Source: Callorhinchus milii (taxonomy: Eukaryota). Taken from it: DNA of 64,000 nucleotides. Every line of letters starts with the position of its first letter. Position 1 is the stretch's first letter. Both the position numbers and the translations under genes were made by a program. The stretch lies in the NCBI RefSeq assembly GCF_018977255.1, contig NW_024704755.1, positions 9,672,001 to 9,736,000 on the forward strand, written 5' to 3'. Positions 63,279 through 64,000 of this stretch are shown here, one piece after another. Below the pieces are notes generated by a model. It worked only from the letters and a program-made list of their open reading frames with translations. It was not told the origin of the DNA and ran no database searches.

Positions 63279-63675
63279 GGGCAGAATTGTCTCACACTGA
63301 CCAAACCAAGCTGCATTACGAGAATACCACAGCGCTTCACTCCTGAGTAGTCTCCTGAGAAAAGCAGGCATTAAAATAACAGTTTCAATAACAATTCAAA
63401 CCCAACAGATGGAAGAAAAACAAATACGCACTCCTCGGTAAAAAGATATTCACCACGCAACACTTTTCACGCACACACTTCACCAGCATTGTGTTTTGCC
63501 CATGTCTTATACTCAAATTCAAAATAATTAACGTGTTGTTTACGTAAAGGCAAATTTTCTCGCAAGAAACTATTTTCAATTACTTAAAAAGCAATAAAAA
63601 CTAAAAGGAAAATATATTATAATGCTAAATTCAACTGGGTGGTAAAATAAACAGGTGTAGATAACAATTCTGCCC
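63279..63675. mobile_element. MITE-like non-autonomous DNA element
   Basis: Perfect 12-bp terminal inverted repeat gggcagaattgt / acaattctgccc, with imperfect extension (acac.tg). Confidence 0.6.
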
Positions 63676-64000
63676 ATCTAGCAACTCGTGTCATTCTCAA
63701 GGAATTTGTGATTCAGATCCAGCTAAAGTCCACTTGTATTTTGTGTTGTGGAGGTGGGTTGGGGAGGGCTTGTTGTGGAGGTTAGAAATAGAAGAAACTG
63801 GAAAATAATAAGGATCCACATGCAAACAATACAGGGTGGAGGTGGGAGTTATCACAAGCAGCTACAGACAAATAATAGATTTCATATGCAGGCAAAATGT
63901 ACTTATACAGATGGCATTGATGTTGATAATATATCTTTCATCATGTAATGCAATAAATCCAGATTTTAGCTAAGATTGCATTTAATATATGTTATGCTGA

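Noticed and set aside
1-64000. CRISPR-like or operon-like reading of the recurring aaatgcaagg(att)n motif
   Set aside because: Copies are dispersed, in both orientations and irregularly spaced. They are retroposon tails in eukaryotic DNA.
1-64000. Strand bias of retroposons as a clue to host-gene direction
   Set aside because: By eye roughly 24 minus vs 19 plus SINE/L2 fragments, which is uninformative.

Overview
AT-rich vertebrate genomic DNA, almost certainly a cartilaginous fish and probably a holocephalan (chimaera or elephant-shark type). The call rests on its repeats: Deu-domain tRNA SINEs and a second SINE that share an L2-type tail ending aaatgcaagg(att)n, AmnSINE2-like SINEs, and L2 and CR1 LINE ends. 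I can support no host protein-coding exon. The only ORFs with recognisable homology are broken CR1/L2 ORF2 fragments. The window looks like a very large intron or gene desert: about 50 decayed retroposon fragments alternate with repeat-poor, enhancer-like blocks, with a promoter-like region near 2.9-3.7 kb and a 164-N assembly gap. The best leads are: (1) a putative regulatory block at 58.95-59.5 kb with a hairpin-buried acceptor, a recursive-splice-like CAG|GTAATT and a perfect DR2 nuclear-receptor element; (2) a 15-nt microexon candidate at 51839-51853; (3) repeated opposite-orientation SINE-in-SINE palindromes; (4) templated duplications at SINE 5' junctions; (5) a triple nested insertion; (6) an unclassified, structured 192-bp insert with a 7-bp target-site duplication. 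Repeat family names come from recalled consensus sequences, not a database search. I found no novel system that I can claim with confidence.
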